Below, piece after piece: positions 18,344-26,861 of a stretch of 64,000 bases of DNA (position 1 is its first letter; each line of letters begins with the position of its first letter). A program made the position numbers and the translations under genes. Source of the DNA: an uncultured Candidatus Saccharibacteria bacterium (GTDB lineage: Bacteria; Patescibacteriota; Doudnabacteria; UBA920); the NCBI GenBank assembly GCA_964436545.1, contig CAYTCJ010000001.1, positions 142,392 through 206,391 of the forward strand. The letters are read 5' to 3'. The notes under the pieces are model-generated. The model was not told the origin of the DNA and made no database searches. It saw only the letters and a list, made by a program, of their open reading frames with translations.

Positions 18344-18430
18344 ATGCTAAAAAAAATCGTCTTAGATTTAGAAACGCATCCGTCCTACGCTGAAAGCTTC
18401 GGAGGATTGCTTACCACTGTAAATAAAAGA
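18344..18430 (+). pseudogene. Duplicated 5' end (35 nt) of the downstream exonuclease gene, giving a 28-codon decoy ORF
   Basis: ATGCTAAAAAAAATCGTCTTAGATTTAGAAACGCA at 18344 matches ATGCTAAAAAAAATCGTTTTAGACTTAGAAACGCA at 18454. Confidence 0.6.
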
Positions 18431-18453
18431 TTATTTTGTGAAGGTAGGTGTCT

Positions 18454-19032
18454 ATGCTAAAAAAAATCGTTTTAGACTTAGAAACGCAAAAGTCGTTTGA
18501 GGAAGTGGGAGGAAGAGGGAAAAATCATTTGTTAAAAATTTCTGTTTGCGGGATCTACGATTATGCCATAAATAAATACAGCGTGTTTCGCGAGCACGAA
18601 ATTCCAAAATTAGAAAATATTTTACAAACCGCAGATTTGGTGATTGGTTATAACATAAAAGATTTTGACTTTGAAGTCTTAAAACCTTATTTGAATTTTG
18701 ATGTTCATACTTTACCTTACTTGGATTTGTTGGAGGAGATTGGAAAAAAGTTAGGCCATCGACTTAAATTGCAAGATGTGGCAGAAGCCACTTTAGGTTC
18801 GGGTAAATCGGGTTCGGGTAAGGAAGCTTTACTCCTGTATAAACAAGGGCGGTTTGGGGATTTGGAAAAATATTGTTTGGATGATGTGAAGATCACCAAA
18901 CAACTGTATGATTACGTGACAAAAAACCAGAAGTTGTTGTATAAAGATTTTTTTAAAGTCAAAGAACTCGCGTTAAAAATCCCGGAGGCAAAACAAAGAG
19001 TCGGGGTAATGCATCAAGTAGCGCTTTTTTGA
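18454..19032 (+). CDS. DEDD-family 3'-5' exonuclease (RNase H-like fold)
   Basis: LDLET motif and a later YN..FD segment; in-frame 12-bp tandem duplication GSGKSGSGK. Confidence 0.6.
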   Translation: MLKKIVLDLETQKSFEEVGGRGKNHLLKISVCGIYDYAINKYSVFREHEIPKLENILQTADLVIGYNIKDFDFEVLKPYLNFDVHTLPYLDLLEEIGKKLGHRLKLQDVAEATLGSGKSGSGKEALLLYKQGRFGDLEKYCLDDVKITKQLYDYVTKNQKLLYKDFFKVKELALKIPEAKQRVGVMHQVALF

Positions 19033-19139
19033 CAAGTCAAAAAAGAATTTTTAATTTCCAATTTTAAATTTTTAAAGAGTAAATTTAAACCTAAAATTCC
19101 AAATTGGGTATTAGTAATTAATTTTGAGTAAATTAGGAA

Positions 19140-20039
19140 TTGTCAAAGTTAAAAATCCCCAGCATAATTATTTTTGTAACCGTCTTAATTTATTTTTTAA
19201 GTTTGGTTTTTTCCGGTCGCTGGGTTTTACCTCAAATTATATCTTTCGGAGCGCTATCGATTCACTATTACGGAATAGTTATGGCTGTGGCAGTGGGTTT
19301 TGGTTATAAATTGGCCATGCACCGAACGCAACTTTATGAAATAGCTTTACCTTGGGCGGAAAAATTATTTTTTTGGGTAATTATTGGCGGATTGGTTGGA
19401 GCTAGAATTTATCATGTTTTTTCATCGGTTAGTTATTATTCTTTGCACCCGATGGAGATTTTAAAAGTTTGGCATGGCGGTTTGTCTATTTACGGCGCTT
19501 TGATTGGTGGATTTCTGGCTTTGCTTCTGTGGAAAAAACTTACAACTTACCTGCCTTGTCGGCAGACAGGCAACTTACCTGCCTTGTCGGCAGACAGGCA
19601 ACTTACAACACTTCTAAATTGGCTAACTCCCTCGCTCATTCTCGGTCAAATTATTGGTCGGTTTGGAAATTTATTTAATTACGAAGTTTATGGTTACCCG
19701 ACTAATTTACCTTGGAAGTTATTTGTGCCCAATGAATTTAGAGTTTTGGGTTATGAAGCTTTTGCTTTCTATCACCCGTGGTTTTTATATGAACAAATCG
19801 GCTTAATTTTAATTTTCATCCTCTTTAAGGTGTATTTTAATTTAAAATCCGAGCGCTTGTTTGTTTACTACGTTTTATTGTATAATTTAATGAGATTTGG
19901 TCTGGAATTTTTAAGAATTGATAGCCATTTCATTGGGCCTTTTAGGCAAAATGCTGTGGTGAGTTTATGCTTTGCGGTGGGGGCTTTGGGTTTGATAATT
20001 TATTGGAGAGTTTTAAAATCAGCTAACAATGCGTCTTGA
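19140..20039 (+). CDS. lgt: Prolipoprotein diacylglyceryl transferase with an in-frame hairpin insertion
   Basis: YYGIVMAVAVGFGY; WHGGLSIYGALIGG; GRFGNLFNYEVYGYPTNLPW. Confidence 0.85.
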   Translation: MSKLKIPSIIIFVTVLIYFLSLVFSGRWVLPQIISFGALSIHYYGIVMAVAVGFGYKLAMHRTQLYEIALPWAEKLFFWVIIGGLVGARIYHVFSSVSYYSLHPMEILKVWHGGLSIYGALIGGFLALLLWKKLTTYLPCRQTGNLPALSADRQLTTLLNWLTPSLILGQIIGRFGNLFNYEVYGYPTNLPWKLFVPNEFRVLGYEAFAFYHPWFLYEQIGLILIFILFKVYFNLKSERLFVYYVLLYNLMRFGLEFLRIDSHFIGPFRQNAVVSLCFAVGALGLIIYWRVLKSANNAS

Positions 20040-20781
20040 TTTAACCAAATATCATAAATTTAGCGCCGGGGCCTTAAGCGCCTTGTATGTTTGGGTGCTG
20101 TATAATTGGACTACCCCGGTACCTATTTTTAGGTTTCTTTTGCCCGCATTTTTATGCATCTTGGGACTAACAGCGTATTATAATTTAAAATATTTAACCA
20201 CAGGGCAAGCTAAAAATGTTTGGCCCATTTTGCGAGTGGCGCTTTTACAGTCAGCCGGGTTTTTATTATTTTTTGTTATGCCTAGCGCGCCGGCCCGAAT
20301 AATGTTTTTGATGATCTCTTTCATTTTTTTGTTTATTTCGGAATATTTAATTTTAGATTTTTCGGAAAATATTTTATTTAACGAAGTGATTTTAATTTCC
20401 TTTGGGTTTTTTTACGGGTTTAACGGACTCTTGTGGAATTTTCCGACTTTTAATTATATCGGTCTCTTGGCCTTATTCGTAGTGTTAAGTTTATTAACTC
20501 GGTGTTTTTATGAATTTGCACCTTTAACCGCTAAGGCGAAATGGATAAACGCTTTGGTTTTGGCTTTTTTATCGGCACAAATTTTTTGGGCTTGTTTGTA
20601 TTTACCTTTTCATTTTTCGGCATTAGCGGTGATTGGGTTTAACTTGTATTATTTATTAGTCGGCTTAAATTATTTTTATATTTTTAATACTTTAACGGAA
20701 AAGAAATTTAAATTTTATGTCGGTTTGTCCGGAGTGTGCATTTTACTGGTAATGCTCACCACGCCTTGGAAAATTTTATAA
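20029..20781 (+). CDS. Hypothetical polytopic membrane protein
   Basis: ORF with ~7 hydrophobic helices. Confidence 0.5.
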   Translation: MRLDLTKYHKFSAGALSALYVWVLYNWTTPVPIFRFLLPAFLCILGLTAYYNLKYLTTGQAKNVWPILRVALLQSAGFLLFFVMPSAPARIMFLMISFIFLFISEYLILDFSENILFNEVILISFGFFYGFNGLLWNFPTFNYIGLLALFVVLSLLTRCFYEFAPLTAKAKWINALVLAFLSAQIFWACLYLPFHFSALAVIGFNLYYLLVGLNYFYIFNTLTEKKFKFYVGLSGVCILLVMLTTPWKIL

Positions 20782-20785
20782 TCAG

Positions 20786-21010
20786 GGCTTACGCTCTTGC
20801 CACTTTAGACTTGGCAGAGCCAAGCCCTTAAAGTGGCTTTGGTCAATTTCTTCGTTAAAATACTGTGGTTTTTGTCGCCGTAGTTCCACTACGGCTCCAA
20901 AAATCCTCGTATTTTGCCTGGATCGTGATGATTTGGCTTGAGTTCGGGCTCAGCCCGAACTTTAAAGCCAAATCAAGCTCTTGTCGAAATTGCCTCAAAA
21001 GCGTAAGTCC
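20786..21010 (+). mobile_element. MITE-like structured repeat, copy D (subfamily 1) with an extra 62-bp nested hairpin
   Basis: As copy A plus GATTTGGCTTGAGTTCGGGCTCAGCCCGAACTTTAAAGCCAAATC inserted before the 3' TIR. Confidence 0.7.
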
Positions 21011-21086
21011 TGATAATCTTTTCTGCCTGAGCGTATCGGCAGAATAGGGCTATCGCTTTACATTAATTATCATTTAACCCTTACCA

Positions 21087-22052
21087 ATGACAGAAATTAA
21101 GCAGAAAATTTTAATAACCGGTGGAGCCGGGTTTATTGGTTCTAATTTTGTGCATTATTGGCTGAAGCAACATCCGGCGGATAAAATAGTGGTTTTAGAT
21201 AAGCTCACTTATGCCGGACGCAAAGAAAATTTAAACGGAGTATGGGAAAAAATTCAATTTATTCAAGGAGATATTTGCGACCCATCACAAGTTGATAAAA
21301 CCATGAAGGGTGTAGATATTGTGGTGCATTTTGCGGCGGAAAGTCATGTGGACAGGTCTATTACCGGGCCCGATGAATTTATTACAACCAATGTTTTAGG
21401 CACGCATAATTTGTTAAAGCACGCTTTAAAACACGGAGTTAAAAGGTTTCATCATGTTTCTACCGACGAGGTGTTTGGTTCTTTGCCTCTGGGGAGTAAA
21501 GAAAAATGGACCGAAAATTCTCCCTATAATCCTCGCAGTCCGTATTCAGCCAGTAAAGCGGGATCGGATAATTTAGTAAGGGCTTATTATTATACTTACA
21601 AGCTACCCATTACAATTTCTAATTGTTCCAATAATCTTGGGCCGAGGTGTTTTCCAGAAAAATTAATTCCTTTGGCCATTACCAATTTATTGCAAAATAA
21701 AAAAGTTCCGCTTTACAAACCCGGGAATCAAATTCGGGAATGGTTGTATGTAGAAGATCATTGCAGTGCCATCGAAGCCATTTTAACAAAAGGCCAAGTC
21801 GGAGAAACTTATTTTATTGGGCCGGATAATCCGGAGTTAACCAATTTGGCAGTTATAAAAAAATTACTTGAGCTAATGGGTTTAAAGGAAGACATGATTG
21901 AATTCGTGGCAGATAGGCCTGGGCATGACCAGCGCTATGCTATGGATCATGGTAAAATTACCAGAGAGCTGGGCTGGCAACCTAAGTTTGGGCTGGAAGA
22001 AGCTCTAAAACTCACGGTGGAGTGGTATGCGGGGCAAGCACATAAGCCATAA
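21087..22052 (+). CDS. rfbB: dTDP-glucose 4,6-dehydratase
   Basis: ILITGGAGFIGSNF; YSASKAGSD. Confidence 0.95.
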   Translation: MTEIKQKILITGGAGFIGSNFVHYWLKQHPADKIVVLDKLTYAGRKENLNGVWEKIQFIQGDICDPSQVDKTMKGVDIVVHFAAESHVDRSITGPDEFITTNVLGTHNLLKHALKHGVKRFHHVSTDEVFGSLPLGSKEKWTENSPYNPRSPYSASKAGSDNLVRAYYYTYKLPITISNCSNNLGPRCFPEKLIPLAITNLLQNKKVPLYKPGNQIREWLYVEDHCSAIEAILTKGQVGETYFIGPDNPELTNLAVIKKLLELMGLKEDMIEFVADRPGHDQRYAMDHGKITRELGWQPKFGLEEALKLTVEWYAGQAHKP

Positions 22053-22141
22053 GCAAATCAGCGGATTAGATTGGAAATAAGATGAAAGTAGCGAAGATTT
22101 TTATTACAAAAAGCTAACACCTATAACCTAATACCTAAAAT

Positions 22142-22882
22142 ATGAAAGGCATAATTCTTTCCGGTGGGGCAGGCACTCGGCTTTACCCCTTAACCAAAAT
22201 TACTAGTAAACAACTCTTACCGGTTTATAACAAACCGATGATTTACTATCCTTTGGAAACTTTGCTCAAGGCCGGCATAAAGGATATTTTAATTATTGTT
22301 TCGCCGGAACACAGCGACGATTATTTAAAACTTTTGGGTAGTGGCGGTGAGTTTGGCGCCCGCTTCACTTACGAAATTCAAGACAAACCCGAAGGTTTGG
22401 CCCAAGCCTTTATTATTGGGGAAAATTTTATTGGTCAAGATAATGTTTGTATGATTTTAGGGGATAACATTTTTTTTACCGAAGATGAAAATGTCTTATC
22501 GAATCATATTAAGAATTTTAAGTTAGGCGGACAAATTTTTGCCAAAGAAGTGAGTGATCCGGAAAGATTTGGCGTAGTGAAGTTTGACAGTCAGGGTAAA
22601 GCCATACAGATAGAAGAAAAACCCCAAACTTACTTATCTAACTATGCCATTACCGGACTCTATCTTTACGATAATCGGGTAGTGGAAGTGGCTAAACAAG
22701 TGAGGCCCTCAGGGCGCGGGGAGTTGGAAATTACCGATATTCACAATTGGTATTTAAAGCGAGGGGAACTACAGGTAGATATTGTTAAAGGAGAATGGCT
22801 GGATGCCGGCACATTTGAAAGTCTATTTCGTGCCGGAGAGCTAGCAAGAAGCAGAGCTTATAATGCGGATATACAGATTTAA
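22142..22882 (+). CDS. rfbA: Glucose-1-phosphate thymidylyltransferase
   Basis: MKGIILSGGAGTRLYPLT...KQLLPVYNKPMIYYPL. Confidence 0.95.
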   Translation: MKGIILSGGAGTRLYPLTKITSKQLLPVYNKPMIYYPLETLLKAGIKDILIIVSPEHSDDYLKLLGSGGEFGARFTYEIQDKPEGLAQAFIIGENFIGQDNVCMILGDNIFFTEDENVLSNHIKNFKLGGQIFAKEVSDPERFGVVKFDSQGKAIQIEEKPQTYLSNYAITGLYLYDNRVVEVAKQVRPSGRGELEITDIHNWYLKRGELQVDIVKGEWLDAGTFESLFRAGELARSRAYNADIQI

Positions 22883-22889
22883 ATACTGA

Positions 22890-22910
22890 TAATCCGAACA
22901 ATTCGGATTA
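22890..22910 (+). terminator. Hairpin TAATCCGAA-CAAT-TCGGATTA after rfbA
   Basis: 8-bp stem; no strong T-run follows. Confidence 0.3.
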
Positions 22911-22956
22911 TGGCTAATATGTTCAGCGTGAGCTTCATATCATTTGTATCATTAGC

Positions 22957-23937
22957 ATGTATTCGTATATTGGTATCGCAGTTATGACTATACGCCACCA
23001 AAAAATTATTTCCGCCATCTTAATTGCCATTGTAGCTTTTGGCGGTTTTGAGATTTTAGCGAAGATAATCAATCTTAACCAAACGGAATGGTTTTTGAAG
23101 GCCGGTTTTGCCATTTGGTTGTATTTGGCACTCAAGATTGGAATTTTATACGATCTCCATTTTAAACAACCGGGAGCTCTAAAACGAGCCATAAAAAAGC
23201 ACGAAAGCATAGAACATTGGTTTGTCCGAAGCCTAAAAATAGTTTTGAGTGCTTTATTTGACCGTTTTAGTCATTTAGCCACCAAAGACCATTGGCTGAA
23301 ATTTCAAAATTATTTAATTCTGCCCGGTATTTTATTTTGGTCAACGGTAATTTTAATTTATAAAAATGCTTCACCCCTTACCGACAGGCCCTTACAGCAA
23401 TTTTTTATTTTTCTTTCGGGTACAGCTTTGGTAGTAGCCTTTTGGTATTTAAAAGAAATTTTTATTCGCCACACGGAAAAGGTGGAATCCGATGTAATTG
23501 CCGGGCTTGCAATAGTAAAAATTTATTCCGCTATTATTGCGTATGGTGCCACCCTCTCTATTTTTAGAAGGTTTTGTTTGGAGCCCAAGTTGTTTGTAAT
23601 GGCGGTGTTTGCAATTAGTTTTTTGTTAATCTACCAAGCCTTGTTCCAACATAAGTTAGTTAAACTTACCAATCTCTTTTGGACATTGGTGATTTCCGGT
23701 CTTATGGGGAGTTTGGGTTATGTGATCTATCGTTTTTGGGCTATTAACCCTTATACGGCCATGCTGGTAATGGGCGCGGTGTTTAATGCCTTATGGGGAA
23801 TTTTCCATTACAAATTAGACGGGGCTTTAACTAAAAGAGCCTTTTTGGAGACTTTATTAATTTGTCTGTTGTTAATTATTATGCTGGCCTCGGTAACCAA
23901 TTTTAAAGAAAGAATTTTAAATGCCTGCGTGTATTAA
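22957..23937 (+). CDS. Hypothetical polytopic membrane protein
   Basis: Hydrophobic ORF. Confidence 0.5.
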   Translation: MYSYIGIAVMTIRHQKIISAILIAIVAFGGFEILAKIINLNQTEWFLKAGFAIWLYLALKIGILYDLHFKQPGALKRAIKKHESIEHWFVRSLKIVLSALFDRFSHLATKDHWLKFQNYLILPGILFWSTVILIYKNASPLTDRPLQQFFIFLSGTALVVAFWYLKEIFIRHTEKVESDVIAGLAIVKIYSAIIAYGATLSIFRRFCLEPKLFVMAVFAISFLLIYQALFQHKLVKLTNLFWTLVISGLMGSLGYVIYRFWAINPYTAMLVMGAVFNALWGIFHYKLDGALTKRAFLETLLICLLLIIMLASVTNFKERILNACVY

Positions 23938-24983
23938 AACCAATACAAAAAACAGATGACTAACAAGCATAAAATCAATAACACGGTGTTGTTGATTTTT
24001 TTATCCAAATGGGCAAGTTTATTTTGAACTGCCTTATTTAGGTCAATGAGTAAGAAAAATAATATTAAACCCCCCAAAATTAAAATGGGGTTGTTTGCCA
24101 AATCTTTTACGGGATTTGTCTTACTTACTAAACTTTTAATTGGCGCGGAAGTAGTTTTGGCAGGAAGGTTGGTTGGTAAGCTTGGCTTTACCTGGATTTT
24201 CTCGTTTGTTGCTTCATTGCTTAACGGAGTTTGGGGTAGAGTAAAATTTTGAGCAAATTTATCTCCCCTTAGTGCTTCTGGTGGGGGATTAGGCATTAGA
24301 GTCTGAGTTTCAGGGGTCTTTATGTCTACAACCTCCGAGTTAGGCGTTAAAACAGTCTCTGGGGTTTGTGCGCTTAAAGGCGGAGGAGGGGTTTTCTTTT
24401 TTACCACGGTTTTTCGGCTGGAAGTTTTTGGCTTGGGAGCCGGTTTTTTTACCAGAGGAGTGGTTTCGGCAATAGGAGCTGATTTTTTTATTGGTAGTAA
24501 GCTCCCAAAAGTATTGGCAATGGCAGAGCCGTAGGAATTTGCGCCTTGTCCAAAGTTCAGTCCCATTCCTTGGTCTTTAAAACCCTCGGTTAAAATATTC
24601 GCTCTATGGGTGGGGCTGTTCATCCAAGCGCTCATTAAACTTTCCGTGGAAAAAAATTCAATGGCTAAGTTTTCACCCAGCTGTAAGTAGGGAGTATAGC
24701 CTTCGCTTACAATTTTGTTCCAAATATAATTACCCTCCGGATCGGTATGGCTAAAATAGTGACGACTTTGCATATCGTCGGCTTTATATTGAGCAGCTTT
24801 GCCAAGCCGAATGTCCGAGTTTAAGGCCGGCAGGTTATTGGCCAGTCTTTCCTGATTGACAGCATTGAGAATATTTTCAGGAGTTAAATCTGAGGCATTG
24901 ACCCGGGAAGTCTTTATAGGTATATTTCTAAAGGCCAAAATTACTAAGCCCAGTCCCAATAAAATTAAAAGCTTTTTATGCAT
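23934..24983 (-). CDS. Secreted CAP/SCP (PR-1-like) domain protein with a Pro/Thr/Lys-rich linker and C-terminal TM anchor
   Basis: Signal peptide; RHYFSHTDPEG...AWMNSPTHRANIL. Confidence 0.7.
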   Translation of the reverse strand: MHKKLLILLGLGLVILAFRNIPIKTSRVNASDLTPENILNAVNQERLANNLPALNSDIRLGKAAQYKADDMQSRHYFSHTDPEGNYIWNKIVSEGYTPYLQLGENLAIEFFSTESLMSAWMNSPTHRANILTEGFKDQGMGLNFGQGANSYGSAIANTFGSLLPIKKSAPIAETTPLVKKPAPKPKTSSRKTVVKKKTPPPPLSAQTPETVLTPNSEVVDIKTPETQTLMPNPPPEALRGDKFAQNFTLPQTPLSNEATNEKIQVKPSLPTNLPAKTTSAPIKSLVSKTNPVKDLANNPILILGGLILFFLLIDLNKAVQNKLAHLDKKINNTVLLILCLLVICFLYWF

Positions 24984-25144
24984 AGTAGGTTTTGTAAGTG
25001 CATTTTAACAGATGTAACTTATAACTACAAATTTTTATATGGCTTAAATAAGAGGAAAAATTTCTTGATTATAATATAATATTGACAAATATTAAAATTT
25101 ATGATATTATATATGGTTAAATATTATAAATTGATTAAATAAAT

Positions 25145-26524
25145 ATGAGTAGCACTGTAGGTAAAAATTATTCCACTACCGAGGAAGTTGCAAAATTACT
25201 TCATTTTTTTGACGAGCCAAAGACCGCTCATCACTCAGAAAATCACACTCATTCCGTAAGTCACGAACCTGAGCAGAATCATCAGCAATCTGATGTAGAG
25301 GTTCATCATTCAGAATCGTCCCATATTCACGGCGAGTCCTTAGAGGAAGATACTCAGACACATTCGAGTGCTTGGCAAAGCCGAATTAGCAAAGTTTTAG
25401 TGGCCATTATTCCTTACGGGGTGGTATTTATTGTGGGAGCAGTGGGGTATTTTTTCTTCTTGTCCAATTCCAATTTTGATGTAAATGTGATCAAACAAGT
25501 TGCTCCTAAGTCTTCGGGTTTACCGGTGGCAATTAAAGATTCGGAAATTTTGGCTTTGCAAAAAAATAACGAAGTGTTAAATCAGTATTATGCTTGGATT
25601 AACAAGTATTATTTTGATGTTTCCGATGCCGGGATTTTAGACCCGAATACCGACAACTCCGGCAATGGGTTAAGTAATTTTCATAAGTATTTGCTGGGCT
25701 TAAGTCCGAAAGCTTATGATTCGTTAGGTTTAGGCATGCCGGATAGCCAAGCTATTGCCCATGGCATTAACCCGTTAAGCGGGGGTAAATTAACCGCCCA
25801 GCAACAAGAGATTGTAGATAAATATTTTGATTTGGAAATTATTAACAATCGCTTGACTTTAGAACAATTAAGCAAGCAAGGTTATGTGGCGGGCAAGAGC
25901 ATTACCAATAATAATTCGTTGGATACTTATAATTCATTTAACTCAAGTAACGATTCTTCACAATTAGAAACAGCCAGGAATGGAATTAAGTTAGTTCAAA
26001 GACCCAATGGGCCAATTACTCAAACTTTAGCTCAAGATAATCCGGTTTTATCGGAAATTGATTCTGCCAATATTAATGTAGATGTTGCCGGCAGGTTGGA
26101 AATTCCTTCGTTGGGGATTAATGTGCCGGTAATTTGGACTAAAAATCCCAAAAATTTTGAAAAAGATTTGCAAAGCGGTGTGGTGCATTATCCTGGCACA
26201 GCTTTACCCGGACAAATCGGGACTGCCTATATTTCCGGTCACTCCAGTAACTATGCTTGGGCCAAAGGCGAGTATAATAAAGTTTTTAGCAAACTCGGAG
26301 ACTTACCCAATAACAGTTCGTTTATTGTGACAGTAGTGCAAAAAAATGGTAAAGATGCCAGATTGCATTATGTAGTAACTAAGCGACAGGAATTTTCACC
26401 GACTGACCAAGAACAGTTTAAAAATACCGGAGATTCTTTGGTAGCGCTATCGACTTGTTGGCCAGTGGGGAGTACAAAATCGAGACTTGTAGTCTTTGGT
26501 AAATTAACTCAAGTGGAAAAGTAG
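25145..26524 (+). CDS. Sortase (transpeptidase) with His-rich N-terminus and TM anchor
   Basis: Catalytic His in YISGHSS and Cys in LVALSTCWP (TLxTC-like); adjacent to a sorting-signal substrate. Confidence 0.8.
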   Translation: MSSTVGKNYSTTEEVAKLLHFFDEPKTAHHSENHTHSVSHEPEQNHQQSDVEVHHSESSHIHGESLEEDTQTHSSAWQSRISKVLVAIIPYGVVFIVGAVGYFFFLSNSNFDVNVIKQVAPKSSGLPVAIKDSEILALQKNNEVLNQYYAWINKYYFDVSDAGILDPNTDNSGNGLSNFHKYLLGLSPKAYDSLGLGMPDSQAIAHGINPLSGGKLTAQQQEIVDKYFDLEIINNRLTLEQLSKQGYVAGKSITNNNSLDTYNSFNSSNDSSQLETARNGIKLVQRPNGPITQTLAQDNPVLSEIDSANINVDVAGRLEIPSLGINVPVIWTKNPKNFEKDLQSGVVHYPGTALPGQIGTAYISGHSSNYAWAKGEYNKVFSKLGDLPNNSSFIVTVVQKNGKDARLHYVVTKRQEFSPTDQEQFKNTGDSLVALSTCWPVGSTKSRLVVFGKLTQVEK

Positions 26525-26525
26525 A

Positions 26526-26626
26526 GTTCACAGATCACTGATAAACACTGATAACACAGATGATGTAAGGTGAGGTATCTGTATTGGGTTCACAGATCAC
26601 TGATAAACACTGATAACACAGATTAA
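26526..26626. repeat. 36-bp direct repeat x2 (GTTCACAGATCACTGATAAACACTGATAACACAGAT)
   Basis: Copies at 26526-26561 and 26591-26626. Confidence 0.8.
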
Positions 26627-26744
26627 GATAAATCCAATGTTTTTAAGCCTTCCAGCTGTTTTAAACCTTGAATTTCTTGATTCAAAAGAGTAATAAAATA
26701 TGAATAAAAGCTTATATAAGAGGAAAAATCTCAAAGCTCCAGAC

Positions 26745-26773
26745 TTGACTTTTTGTCCAAAATAATTTATAAT
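26745..26773 (+). promoter_or_regulatory. Consensus sigma70-type promoter TTGACT-17 nt-TATAAT, ~90 nt upstream of the giant surface-protein gene
   Basis: -35 at 26745-26750 and -10 at 26768-26773, with an AAGGAT RBS before the ATG. Confidence 0.6.
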
Positions 26774-26861
26774 ATGTGGTTATTACTTAAAACATTAAGG
26801 TAAGTAACATCAATTAATTTTTTAGTTTATTACCAAATGAGCTAAAAAAGGATAAATCACT

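Noticed and set aside
19469-19678. 69-aa ORF overlapping lgt
   Set aside because: It is an alternative frame across the hairpin insertion. The Lgt signature motifs are all in the main frame.
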